64,000 nucleotides of DNA from an uncultured Acidobacteriaceae bacterium (GCA_963813205.1 CAWEYI010000028.1:1038-65037); one strand, 5' to 3'; counted from the first letter of the stretch, positions 1 to 8,826 are shown. Notes: generated from the sequence alone by a model not told the origin. A program made the numbers and translations.

Positions 1-169
1 CGCGCACGATTCTTCCAACGTTGCGAAGGTCTGCAGGCTCACCCCGAAACACATGATAGTCAGCGGGCGAATGCCCGTGACGGATCAGATATACAGTCCC
101 GCCGAGCAGCACTACTGCTGCCGACAGAAGCACCCCGGCGCGCAGCAGTTGTCCAATCAAAATTTCCAT
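1..169 (-). CDS. DUF1634-like small membrane protein, N-terminal part (C-terminus lies beyond the left edge)
   Basis: Complement ATG at 167-169. Translates MEILIGQLLRAGVLLSAAVVLLGGTVYLIRHGHSPADYHVFRGEP... with one TM helix. Sits 35 nt downstream of a TauE/DUF81 permease, the usual partner of this family. Too short for the ORF track. Confidence 0.5.
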   Translation of the reverse strand, partial: MEILIGQLLRAGVLLSAAVVLLGGTVYLIRHGHSPADYHVFRGEPADLRNVGRIVR

Positions 170-203
170 CCGGTGATCGGTCCAACCTTGTTCCTGGGCC
201 ATC

Positions 204-1040
204 TTAGATCCTTCCCGTAATTCCCTTGTAGAGCATCTCGCTTCCGAGAGCCACAATCACCACACTGAATATTCGCCGCAACCATTTCGGGTGCACCTTG
301 ACCAGCACCCGCGTGCCCAGCAACGATCCCGCAAGAACGCCCAGCATGACCGGCATGGAAAGCCCAGGATCAATATAGCCGCGGGATAAATAAATTCCCG
401 CGCTGGCCGCGGCCGTCACCCCGATCATGAAGTTGCTGGTTGTAGTCGAAACCTTGAACGGAATTCTCATGGCCAGGTCCATAGCCAGAACCTTCATTGC
501 GCCCGAGCCAATCCCGAGCAATCCGGATAAGGTTCCAGCGCCAAACATCAGGCCCCAACCTAGCGGTACACGCCGCACGTGGTATTTTCGAATGCCGCCG
601 CCTTCCGGAAAACTTCCATTCAGCCGCAATCGCGTGGCAAGCGCGTCCGGCGAATCGTCCCTGGCGTCTTTCACCCGGGGACTCCAGGAGAGAAAGGCTG
701 AACTGATCAGCACCAGTCCAAAAACCACGGAGACTGCCCCGGTGGAGATGTGCGTTGCGAGAGTTGCGCCCGCAATCGCCCCCAGAGTGGTCGCGATCTC
801 GAGAAACATTCCGATCCTGATGTTCGATATACCTTCTCTCACATAGGCTGCGGCCGCTCCCGAGGAAGTGGCGATTACCGACACCAAGGACGCCCCGATG
901 GCGTAACGGATGTCCACACCCAAAAGCAGGCTGAGCATCGGGACAATAACCACGCCGCCACCTAGCCCGGTCAGCGCTCCCAGAAAACCGGCGACCAGCG
1001 AACCCGCTCCTACAATCAAGCTAAACTCGAGAACACTCAT
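204..1040 (-). CDS. TauE/SafE (DUF81, TSUP) family anion exporter
   Basis: 278-aa ORF that is hydrophobic throughout. Gly-rich motifs GALTGLGGGVVIVP and GLLGIGSGAM fit the duplicated 4-TM TauE fold. Confidence 0.85.
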   Translation of the reverse strand: MSVLEFSLIVGAGSLVAGFLGALTGLGGGVVIVPMLSLLLGVDIRYAIGASLVSVIATSSGAAAAYVREGISNIRIGMFLEIATTLGAIAGATLATHISTGAVSVVFGLVLISSAFLSWSPRVKDARDDSPDALATRLRLNGSFPEGGGIRKYHVRRVPLGWGLMFGAGTLSGLLGIGSGAMKVLAMDLAMRIPFKVSTTTSNFMIGVTAAASAGIYLSRGYIDPGLSMPVMLGVLAGSLLGTRVLVKVHPKWLRRIFSVVIVALGSEMLYKGITGRI

Positions 1041-1167
1041 CGACTTTCCTTGGACTTCCGAGAGATGTACAGCTTGGCGTCGCTGTTGCCTGTCTTATCG
1101 CCGCTTAATCTACTAATCGATTTCCTGTTTTTCTGTTAAATCCTAAATGGACGTTGGTCGGTTCTCT

Positions 1168-1184
1168 CTTTATTGCCAATAAAG
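1168..1184. promoter_or_regulatory. Perfect 8-1-8 palindrome CTTTATTG-C-CAATAAAG (candidate operator)
   Basis: Read directly. Lies in an AT-rich intergenic region about 130 nt upstream of the TauE start. A half-site-like TTGTCAATA follows a few nt later. Confidence 0.25.
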
Positions 1185-1245
1185 ATTTGTCAATAGCTAA
1201 CCAAAACGGCAGTACAATAATCAAAGTACGGTGTGGGGTGAACGC

Positions 1246-1578
1246 ATGGCGCCTTCGCGGCGCACTTCGAAAAGCCTGTGCAGCCTGATCACGTACCGTG
1301 CTGCAATCATGTGTGTCGCCGCGCTCAGCATGTTATGGGCCCGCAGCGCCCCTACGCATTTTGCCTACAGCGCCCATAGTCTGACTTTCCACACCGCAGC
1401 TGACCACGACCATCGGCAATGTTTTGATCACGAAGACTCTCAGTTGGCGAGTGCTCCGAGCGGTCCGCGAATTGCTCCGCCGCCGGCCGTTTCCTCTCAC
1501 GCCATTTATGCAGTAGCTAGTTTTGTCGAACTCGAAAACGACGGTTGGCATTACAACCGTCCTCCTCCTATCAACTGA
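1246..1578 (+). CDS. Hypothetical protein (weak call)
   Basis: ORF-track frame 1231..1578, internal ATG at 1246. Hydrophobic N-terminal stretch ITYRAAIMCVAALSMLWA. No recognisable family and no clear RBS. Confidence 0.2.
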   Translation: MAPSRRTSKSLCSLITYRAAIMCVAALSMLWARSAPTHFAYSAHSLTFHTAADHDHRQCFDHEDSQLASAPSGPRIAPPPAVSSHAIYAVASFVELENDGWHYNRPPPIN

Positions 1579-1665
1579 TCCTTCTTCCTTGGCGCGTTGC
1601 TAACCTCGGCTAGTGCCAGCAGCAATATTCCACATAGAAGCCAATAGTTCTGGAGGAAATGTACC

Positions 1666-1848
1666 ATGCTTGAGCAAGACAATAGGAATTGGAAAGAGTT
1701 GTGTTGCGCCGCGCTGGAGGCTAAAGATCCCAACAAATTACTGGAGATCGTTCAGAGACTCAACAACGCTCTTAAGCGCGAAGAGCAGGTCAACCGCGAT
1801 CCGCAAAAAAACCGCGCCAGCAAAATTTCCGAGGAGGCTCAATGTTGA
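1666..1848 (+). CDS. Small helical hypothetical protein (60 aa), first gene of a 3-gene overlapping unit
   Basis: GGAGGA 8 nt upstream of the ATG. Its stop overlaps the next start (ATGTTGA at 1842-1848). Charged helical sequence NWKELCCAALEAKDPNKLLEIVQRLNNALKREEQ. Confidence 0.55.
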   Translation: MLEQDNRNWKELCCAALEAKDPNKLLEIVQRLNNALKREEQVNRDPQKNRASKISEEAQC

Positions 1849-2372
1849 GCGCCGATGCTCCCGAGCACCGAGTCACGCCTCGGTGGATCCGTGTCCCGGA
1901 GCTGAGCGCAGTTCGAACCACGCTTCGGATGGAGCCAAATTCGCGGCGCTTCGTTCTGTTCGCCGCACTCGGGGTAGGGGTTGTTTCTTTTCTCGCGACC
2001 GAACTGATGCACTCCCTGCTCGTGCCCGATATTGGACCGCATCCCGAGAGACTTCTGGCTGAGGGCCTATCGGCTTTGGTGGTTAGCTGCCTGGTCGCGA
2101 AGGTAGTCCACATGAGCCGCGAACGGCACCGCCTCGTTGTGGCGCGGATGCAAGTGATTGCGGAAATGAATCATCACATCCGAAACGCGCTGAGTCCCGT
2201 AGCTCTTTCGTTGGACGCAACCGGCAATCAGGCCCTCAATCGTGTCATCGTCGAAGCAGTCGACCGCATCGATTGGGCTCTCCGCGAAATATTGCCGCGC
2301 GAACTGCCGTTAGGCGAGGGGCAAAGACATCAGCTCGGATATTTTCAAAAACGAAGGAGCAAGGCGCAATGA
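1842..2372 (+). CDS. Membrane-anchored histidine-kinase-like DHp (HisKA-type) protein lacking an ATPase domain
   Basis: GAGGAGG 5 nt upstream. Two hydrophobic helices (FVLFAALGVGVVSFLATELM, GLSALVVSCLVAKVV), then an H-box-like segment IAEMNHHIRNALSPV. The ORF ends after about 60 more residues, so there are no N/G1/G2 boxes. Confidence 0.6.
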   Translation: MLSADAPEHRVTPRWIRVPELSAVRTTLRMEPNSRRFVLFAALGVGVVSFLATELMHSLLVPDIGPHPERLLAEGLSALVVSCLVAKVVHMSRERHRLVVARMQVIAEMNHHIRNALSPVALSLDATGNQALNRVIVEAVDRIDWALREILPRELPLGEGQRHQLGYFQKRRSKAQ

Positions 2373-2713
2373 GCGATATAAGAGTTCTTTGCATTGAGAA
2401 TCACCCTGAATACATGGGCGAGCTGAAATTCATGCTGGAAACCGCCGGCTACGAGGTTATCGCCGCAACTCGCGCAGATCAGGCCCTACATCTGCTGAAA
2501 ACCCGCCGGGTCGATGGCGTTCTTCTTGAGTACGACCTGCCGGATGCCACCGGCGCCGCCCTGCGGGCGGAGATAAATCGCATCAAGCCCGACGTTCCAG
2601 TGCTGCTGTTTGCCGGTGTGAGCAGCCAGATGCCGTCTCTACTTCGCTTTTTCGATTCGTATCTGAGGAGTTCCCACGCGCCTGAATTTGCGTTGCAGGA
2701 CCTTGAAGCGTAA
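2369..2713 (+). CDS. Response-regulator receiver-domain protein, atypical (pseudo-receiver-like), stand-alone
   Basis: ATGA overlap with the upstream stop (2369-2372), AAGGAG at about 2354. CheY-like pattern, but the acidic pocket reads IENHPE and the phosphoacceptor position aligns to Glu (VLLEYDLPDATG). Confidence 0.8.
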   Translation: MSDIRVLCIENHPEYMGELKFMLETAGYEVIAATRADQALHLLKTRRVDGVLLEYDLPDATGAALRAEINRIKPDVPVLLFAGVSSQMPSLLRFFDSYLRSSHAPEFALQDLEA

Positions 2714-2883
2714 GCGGATATTCGCGACAATACCTATGAATTCGCGGCCGATTCATGCACAATCTTGATGTCCCAAATTGCAACTCTTGGCATCTTTACG
2801 TGTTTATACGCGGTATCGAGAGATAAGGCATGAACATAAAAACGATTTCACGTCCCCGAAGCTGTGAACGATTAGGAGAACCT

Positions 2884-3996
2884 ATGAAATCCGAATGGAT
2901 TGGGAAATCATTCCCCGCAGCTGTTGCCAGTGTTTTGTCATTAGCTATGCTGGCAGGCTGCCTGCTGGCCGCACCGGCTTGGGCGCAAGATCAGCCCCAA
3001 GAGCAGGCGCCCCCGCCTCCGCAGGGTGGACCCCAGAACGCCCCCTTGACGCCCGACCAACTGCAGCAGTTGGTCGCGCCAATCGCGTTGTATCCCGACG
3101 CTCTCGTAGCGCAAATACTCGCTGGGTCTGCCTATCCAACGCAAATTGTCGAGGCGGAACGGTTTCTCGAGGAAAATCCCAATCTGAAAGGTAAGGACCT
3201 GGGTGACGCCGTCAACCAGCAGGACTGGGATCCCAGCGTCAAGGCTCTTTGTCAGTTTCCCTCAGTCTTGGCCAATCTGAATAAGAATCTCTCCTGGACT
3301 TCCGAGTTGGGCGACGCAAATTACAACCAGGAAGCGGATGTTATGCAGGCCATCCAGTTCATGCGCAAGAAGGCGCAACAAGCGGGACATCTGCAGACCA
3401 CGTCTCAGCAGACGGTGACCGACCAGGGGCCCGACGTTGACATTGCGCCCACAGATCCAGACGAGGTTTACGTTCCGGAGTACGATCCCGAAGAAATCTA
3501 CGGATACCCAGTCGGACTGTGGCCAGGCTTTAATCCCTGGTGGGGAGTTGGCGGCCCGTATCTCTCTTTCGGCCTAGGATTCGGCGTTGGCCCCTTCTTT
3601 GGATACGGCTGGGGCTGGCGTGGATGGGGCCTTGATTGGGGTGGAGGTTACCTGCGCTATGGAGGCGGCCGTTATGGCTTCCACAGTCACGCATTCTATG
3701 ACCGCAACGCTTACTTCCATGGCAATTATCGCGGATTCGCGCCTTATGGCCGTGGCGATCGCGGCGCACGCGGTTTCGCCGGCGGCGGCGCCCGTGGATT
3801 TAACGGCGGTGCGCGAGGTTTCGCAGGCAGACCTCAGGGTGGCGCCCATGGCGGCGCCTTTGGTGGAATCAGCCGTGGTGGCGAAGCCAGGGGCTTCTCC
3901 TCCCGAGGCAGATCCAGCTTCGGTGGCGGCGGAATGCACGGCGGGGGTGGAATGCACGGTGGTGGCGGCGGACACGGCGGTGGCGGCAGGCGCTAG
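2884..3996 (+). CDS. DUF3300 family secreted protein with Gly/Arg-rich C-terminal tail
   Basis: AGGAG upstream of the ATG at 2884 (ORF-track frame opens at 2830). Signal-like AAVASVLSLAMLAGCLLAAPAWA. Family hallmark LVAPIALYPDALVAQILAGSAYPTQIVEAERF. Tail GGGMHGGGGMHGGGGGHGGGGRR. Confidence 0.85.
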   Translation: MKSEWIGKSFPAAVASVLSLAMLAGCLLAAPAWAQDQPQEQAPPPPQGGPQNAPLTPDQLQQLVAPIALYPDALVAQILAGSAYPTQIVEAERFLEENPNLKGKDLGDAVNQQDWDPSVKALCQFPSVLANLNKNLSWTSELGDANYNQEADVMQAIQFMRKKAQQAGHLQTTSQQTVTDQGPDVDIAPTDPDEVYVPEYDPEEIYGYPVGLWPGFNPWWGVGGPYLSFGLGFGVGPFFGYGWGWRGWGLDWGGGYLRYGGGRYGFHSHAFYDRNAYFHGNYRGFAPYGRGDRGARGFAGGGARGFNGGARGFAGRPQGGAHGGAFGGISRGGEARGFSSRGRSSFGGGGMHGGGGMHGGGGGHGGGGRR

Positions 3997-4073
3997 CCAT
4001 TCGCTGAGTCAACGGAAGTCCATTCCACAACGAATCGGCCACAGGAATCATTGGCCTCAGGAAAGGAACGAAC

Positions 4074-5099
4074 ATGAAATTCGAAACACGCAATTCGAAA
4101 ACGTATCCGGCGGGTATTCTTCCGCGATTTGCTCTTGCTTTCGCCGCTTTGGGCCTCTGCGGAACCTTCGCGGCAGCCCAATCCAGCACCCAAAAATCTA
4201 CTCCCGCCTCGCCATCCTCTTCGTCCACGCGAGCCAGCGTGAACCCGCCGCAGCCGGGACAACAAACCTTCTCCTCTGCCGAACAGGCGACCCATGCTCT
4301 CATTGCCGCCATTAAGGAAGACGACCAAGCCGCCTTACTCAAAGTGCTGGGACCGACCGGTAAGACCATCGTCTCCTCCGGCGACGATGCCGAAGATAAA
4401 AACGACAGAGATCAGTTCCTGAACAAGTACCAGCAGATGCATCGCCTGGTCATGGAACCGGATGGCACCACCTCCCTCTACATCGGCGCGGAAAACTGGC
4501 CCACGCCCATTCCACTCGTACACAAAGGCAGCTCCTGGTACTTCGATACGGCTGCCGGGAAACAAGAAATTCTTTATCGAAGAGTCGGGAAAAATGAGCT
4601 GGCCGTAATTCAAACTTGCGGTGGACTGGTCGACGCGGAAAAAGAATATTACTCGCAGTCGCATGATGCGCAGAAAGAGCAGGAATACGCTCAGAAATTC
4701 TTCAGCGATCCGGGCAAACAAAATGGCCTGTACTGGGAGACTACTTCCGGTGAGACCAACAGCCCAATCGGTCCCCTGGTCGCGGTGGCCGCCATTGAAG
4801 GTTATCCGCAGCCTCCAGATCGAAACCTGGAGCCGTTTCAGGGTTATTACTTCCGCATCTTGAAAGCCCAGGGAGCCAAAGCCCCGGGCGGCGCACACAG
4901 CTACATCGCCGATGGAAAGATGACCCGCGGTTTCGCCTTCGTTGCGTACCCGGCAGAGTACCGCTCATCCGGCGTTATGACGTTCATCGTAGATCAGGAT
5001 GGAATTGTCTACGAAAAAGATCTCGGCCCCAAAACCGCCGCGATCGCCAAAGCCATGACCAAATACGATCCAGACTCAACCTGGCGCAAAGCGGATTGA
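4074..5099 (+). CDS. DUF2950 family secreted protein
   Basis: Signal peptide. Motifs WPTPIPLVHKGSSWYFD and GYYFRILKAQG...GFAFVAYPAEYRSSGVMTFIV are typical of DUF2950, which commonly follows DUF3300. Confidence 0.85.
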   Translation: MKFETRNSKTYPAGILPRFALAFAALGLCGTFAAAQSSTQKSTPASPSSSSTRASVNPPQPGQQTFSSAEQATHALIAAIKEDDQAALLKVLGPTGKTIVSSGDDAEDKNDRDQFLNKYQQMHRLVMEPDGTTSLYIGAENWPTPIPLVHKGSSWYFDTAAGKQEILYRRVGKNELAVIQTCGGLVDAEKEYYSQSHDAQKEQEYAQKFFSDPGKQNGLYWETTSGETNSPIGPLVAVAAIEGYPQPPDRNLEPFQGYYFRILKAQGAKAPGGAHSYIADGKMTRGFAFVAYPAEYRSSGVMTFIVDQDGIVYEKDLGPKTAAIAKAMTKYDPDSTWRKAD

Positions 5100-5123
5100 G
5101 CTGGATTTAAGCTCGAACTGTCG

Positions 5124-5804
5124 TCAGCGCGGCGGATGCTTGGATTTTGCCTTCAGGCTGATCGCTATCTTTAAAACTGCGCCATCGACGGGATCGATTT
5201 CGAATATTGCTTTGCTCGTGTAGTCCCGGCTACTAAGCCGGTACTTAAAAACGCTATACATCTGAAAGATATCGGTATCGTACGGTGCGCCGTATTTCGC
5301 TTGCACTTGCGCTGCAGTGTAGCTGCGGTCGGCTAGCGCAAGAATGAAGTGCGCGTCCGGGTGCTTCTCGCTCTTAAAAGCCGCGATCTCAGAGAAAGGA
5401 AATCGCTGGCCAGCCAATGAGTAGTCGACCCCTGCCATCGTTTTCTGACGGATGATCTGTTCCTCCACGATCCCGTCGATTCGCTTGTTGACTTCCCCTT
5501 CCAACGCAAATCCCTCGCCTTTTGCCGCGCACCGGCCTTTATCCGGATTGCACTCTGCTCGAATTTCATTCGCAACATAGGAGCGCAGCACCCGGGAGTT
5601 TTCCAGCACCGTTTTAATTCCTTGTTCTCCGGGTAGAGCGGACGCAGAAAAAAGATAGGGAACGATCTCGCGCCAGTCAAAGTCGTCGGCGGAGGAAATT
5701 GTCTGACTACCTGAGCCGGAGGGCTGGGCGCCACCCAACGCGTTACCGGGCGATGAAGCGAAGATCGAGAGCCACACGAGCACCACAAACTTTGAATATT
5801 TCAT
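5124..5804 (-). CDS. Hypothetical secreted protein
   Basis: Internal ATG at 5804 gives MKYSKFVVLVWLSIFASSPG, a signal-like N-terminus. No family recognised. Confidence 0.55.
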   Translation of the reverse strand: MKYSKFVVLVWLSIFASSPGNALGGAQPSGSGSQTISSADDFDWREIVPYLFSASALPGEQGIKTVLENSRVLRSYVANEIRAECNPDKGRCAAKGEGFALEGEVNKRIDGIVEEQIIRQKTMAGVDYSLAGQRFPFSEIAAFKSEKHPDAHFILALADRSYTAAQVQAKYGAPYDTDIFQMYSVFKYRLSSRDYTSKAIFEIDPVDGAVLKIAISLKAKSKHPPR

Positions 5805-5999
5805 ATCCGCGAATGGAGCCGAAATCATAGCCGATGTTCCTTAAAAGAACTAGTCGCTCGCGCCCTCGAAGAGTTCACACACAAACTCCACAGCTGGGCG
5901 AGGAGCGGGTGAGCGCAAGCAAGCAAAGGGCGTTGTATGAAGGCAACTGGGATGTAATAGTTTCGTAATGTATCCGGGATCACCGCAAACTTTCTTCCG

Positions 6000-6535
6000 G
6001 TGTTGCACGTAGCCCACGTTTTTTCTGATTCCACCTTGATGCTCATGACGGGCGGAGCCGACAACGCTAGTTTTGAAGTTCTATACGAGGACGCGCGGAG
6101 CTTGGCGCAGCAGAAAGTCGATCAGATCGCCGCTCGCTTGAGAGATACTCCGACGCGTACTCACGTACGGCACGGGGAAGTCTGGGACAAGCTTAGTCCC
6201 ATCGTCGCAGAAAATGGAATCGACCCGATCGTCGTTGGAACGCGCGGTCGTGGCGGATTAGGAAAGTTTCTGCTGGGGTTCGGTGGCTGAAGATATTTCG
6301 CGGCACACACCTTGTCCGGTGCTCACGGTTGGGCCCGGAATCTGCGGTCCTGCCAAGCTCCCGCAATTTTCCGCGAGCGGGCCAGCTCCTGTCGAATTCG
6401 AGTTGCGTCATGTCGTCTATGCCACGAACCTTTCCGCTGAGTCGCTGCGAGTTGCGCCAGTCGCTTTTTCGTTGGCCGCGCAATTCCAGGCTCGACCTCG
6501 TTCCCACTCGTGACCTTTCAGAGTCACGAGTTTAG
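6000..6535 (+). pseudogene. Universal stress protein (tandem UspA-type) remnant, truncated at both ends and frameshifted
   Basis: VVGTRGRGGLGKFLLG at the end of frame 1 continues as (S)VAEDISRHTPCPVLTV in the next frame; an extra T near 6279-6280 breaks the GSVAE motif. The first beta-strand/N-terminus is missing (in-frame stop at 5958-5960). The second domain stops after about 40 aa with another frame change near 6495. Confidence 0.6.
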
Positions 6536-6693
6536 GTGATCCGGGTCACTGCGCCCATTGCACTTAGCGTTGAAAATCTCAACTAGGCAGCGAAGCCCTT
6601 GCTGAGTTATTAAATGCTTTGCGAGCGTTTTTTTGGGCGTTCATCATCGCTGCCTTCATAGATTGCAAAGTTTCACGAGGAGAGAATGAAATC

Positions 6694-7011
6694 ATGAAGA
6701 CAACGAAACTGGTGATACTGGTAATGACAATTGCCGTAGCCCTGTTCATCCTGATCCCCAATCTGTCATGGGCCGCCGACGATGGGGCGAGCCTCTACAA
6801 AGCAAAATGTGCAATGTGCCACAGCGCTGATGCAACCGGTAGGCCCGCAGCCAAGATTCCGAGCCTGGTTTCGGAAGATGTCAAGAAGGCCTCGGACGAC
6901 GACCTGACGAAATCGGTCGCTACAACCGCCAAGCATCCCGGAACCGTAAAGAGTCTGGCCCCTGATCAAGTGAAAATGATCGTGACCTACATCCGTAGCC
7001 TGCAGAAGTAG
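6694..7011 (+). CDS. Small secreted c-type cytochrome (class I)
   Basis: GAGGAG upstream of the ATG at 6694. Signal peptide MKTTKLVILVMTIAVALFILIPNLSWA. Heme motif CAMCH. Confidence 0.85.
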   Translation: MKTTKLVILVMTIAVALFILIPNLSWAADDGASLYKAKCAMCHSADATGRPAAKIPSLVSEDVKKASDDDLTKSVATTAKHPGTVKSLAPDQVKMIVTYIRSLQK

Positions 7012-7270
7012 CTGTTGGCAGCAGTTATTGGCTGTTCCACCTTGCGCACCGCCGCTGTCGCAAATCGCTGATAGCAGTCGTGGAAGGCGGGAGGGCGCTA
7101 TGAACATGCCTGGATCAATCCGGCGGAAGGGAATACAACCCCGCCGATTCGTTGTCATCCCAGGCTCTCGCCCTATCTCCGTTTGCCAGGGGGAACAGCC
7201 CATCCGGGTCCGGATGTTCACCACTCCGGACCCGGACCTTTCTTGCCCAACAGGTCGTCAGAGATTTTCT

Positions 7271-7534
7271 CTACCGTACGCATATCCGTTCGATCACAGC
7301 GTACGTCGGGCCGCCGATCGATAGCGCTTTGCGAACGCTGTTCATCGCCTGCAGCGGGTATGAGATAGAAATGGTTCCTACATACTTCACTGTGGGATGG
7401 CCAACCAGCATCAGCGGCACCAGGTTCTTTTTCCAGCGGTGATTCATGATCCGCTTTACTTTTCCGGGCGTACTGAACGAGGTGTTGACGTACGCGCGGG
7501 CGACCTTGGAATCGAGGAAGACTCGCGTTTTCAT
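7271..7534 (-). CDS. Hypothetical protein or gene fragment inside a decayed island
   Basis: 87-aa ORF only. No motif recognised. Lies in a region with remnants of mobile-element genes. Confidence 0.2.
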   Translation of the reverse strand: MKTRVFLDSKVARAYVNTSFSTPGKVKRIMNHRWKKNLVPLMLVGHPTVKYVGTISISYPLQAMNSVRKALSIGGPTYAVIERICVR

Positions 7535-7652
7535 TGTTTAGCGACCTGCCGGTACACCTAGTTTCTCGGGATGGCCTGGAACTCAACGCTAGCTGATTCA
7601 GTGTCGAGCATCGGAATTGGTCTGATGACTGACCACTTCATTTCAGCCCTGA

Positions 7653-7825
7653 ATCAAAAACAACACAAGGAAACAGATCACCGTTCCACGTGACATTCTG
7701 GCCAGAATCGGGAAGCACGTTTAGTGTTGGTTTCCCGCTCCATCCCGGATGCCGAATTGATAGCAGCCTTCCGCAAGGAAGCCATTACGGCGGCTGCTGA
7801 GGCGTTCGACGAATCCCTTAGCTAG
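7653..7825 (+). pseudogene. Possible AbrB/SpoVT-type antitoxin remnant (no start codon, frame change)
   Basis: Frame a reads ...TRKQITVPRDILARIGKHV* (the swapped-hairpin motif of AbrB-type antitoxins). Another frame continues ...SIPDAELIAAFRKEAITAAAEAFDESLS*. Confidence 0.25.
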
Positions 7826-7906
7826 ATCGATTACCCGCGCATCCCCAGCGCGGCCAGAAAGCACGTAACAACCCCTCCGGTAGTGAATCCAACACAAGGA
7901 ATGTGT

Positions 7907-8167
7907 TTAGGCAGATGGTGGGAGTCTCTTTGTCTGGGCGGCGAGTTTAGCGTCTGCCCATCGGCTTTCTTTTTCGTACTCTGACATCATGCTTGGATAG
8001 TCCAAGATGTTCGTTGAATCGGGGCAAAGGAGACCAACGCGGCAGTCCTCATGTACTGGGTTACCAGTATCGTCGCTTGTCCCTGTTTCCAACGTGAGAG
8101 GCTCATTACATATACAGCAATTGATACGGCAGGATCGTGCCAAGGGGGTACCTCCTACACTTAGCAA
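7907..8167 (-). CDS. Hypothetical Cys-rich (zinc-ribbon-like) small protein
   Basis: 86-aa ORF with CRINCCICNEP...NPVHEDC. No family recognised. Confidence 0.3.
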   Translation of the reverse strand: MLSVGGTPLARSCRINCCICNEPLTLETGTSDDTGNPVHEDCRVGLLCPDSTNILDYPSMMSEYEKESRWADAKLAAQTKRLPPSA

Positions 8168-8440
8168 GGAGTTCCAAATGCCGCTAGCCTACCACGGCTG
8201 AAAAGCTTTTGTCGGTGCGCTGGGCGACATTGTGTATATAGTGCAGTGTCTACAGGCATCGACGACATTGCCGACACATCGCACGAAAATTAGGCGACAT
8301 GGCGACGTGGAAAGCGACGTGTAAACGCTCGCACGCGCAAACATAGTCTCAATTCGCGATGTCTACAGACCATTCTGTCATATCAGAAGTGTCTGTATTA
8401 CGCATTTTGGATTTTCGCATCGCCCGTTAAGCTTGGCCGA

Positions 8441-8701
8441 TTGCCGTGGTCATATCCTCACATCTTGAAAACCTTTCACGCTGCAGCAACCAAGGCGAGA
8501 GTTGGCAACGTCGCGACACACACGATCCGGCACACTTTCCGGTCATGGCTGGATTCGGTCGGTACTCCGGTCGGATTACAGCAGGAGCTTATGCGCCATG
8601 CATCGATCACCACGACGATGGACCACTACGGCGATGTAGCTACGGCAGAAATGAGCGAAGCCCACGGCAGGATTGCAGGGTTAGCCCTCAACGGCAGGTA
8701 A
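8441..8701 (+). pseudogene. Tyrosine recombinase (phage-type integrase), C-terminal fragment only
   Basis: Contains the catalytic-domain end HTIRHTFRSWL...LMRHASITTTMDHYG (H-x-x-R ... H ... Y). About 250 N-terminal residues are absent. Ends 35 nt from the 3' end of tRNA-Ser. Confidence 0.75.
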
Positions 8702-8736
8702 AAACGGCAGGTAAACCCGCTAAGTCATTGAAATTA

Positions 8737-8826
8737 TGGCGGAGAGGGTGGGATTTGAACCCACGATACCCGTTAAGGTATGTCCGCTTTCGAGGCGGAT
8801 CGTTTCAACCACTCACGCACCTCTCC
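8737..8826 (-). tRNA. tRNA-Ser (anticodon CGA), CCA encoded
   Basis: The reverse complement folds as a cloverleaf: acceptor GGAGAGG/CCTCTCC, anticodon stem CCGC/GCGG with loop CUCGAAA, long variable arm, T-arm GTGGGTTCAAATCCCAC, 3' GCCA. Confidence 0.9.

Noticed and set aside
3574-4369. ORFs overlapping the Gly-rich tail of the DUF3300 gene and the start of the DUF2950 gene (3574..3975, 3587..4315, 3869..4369)
   Set aside because: They are alternative frames of GGN/CGN-rich repeats, and the flanking genes explain the region.
8737-8826. A second copy of the tRNA-Ser 3' end (attR) marking the far end of the island
   Set aside because: I looked for GGGATTTGAACCC-like sequence between 7000 and 8700 and found none by eye. 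The boundary is left undefined rather than claimed.
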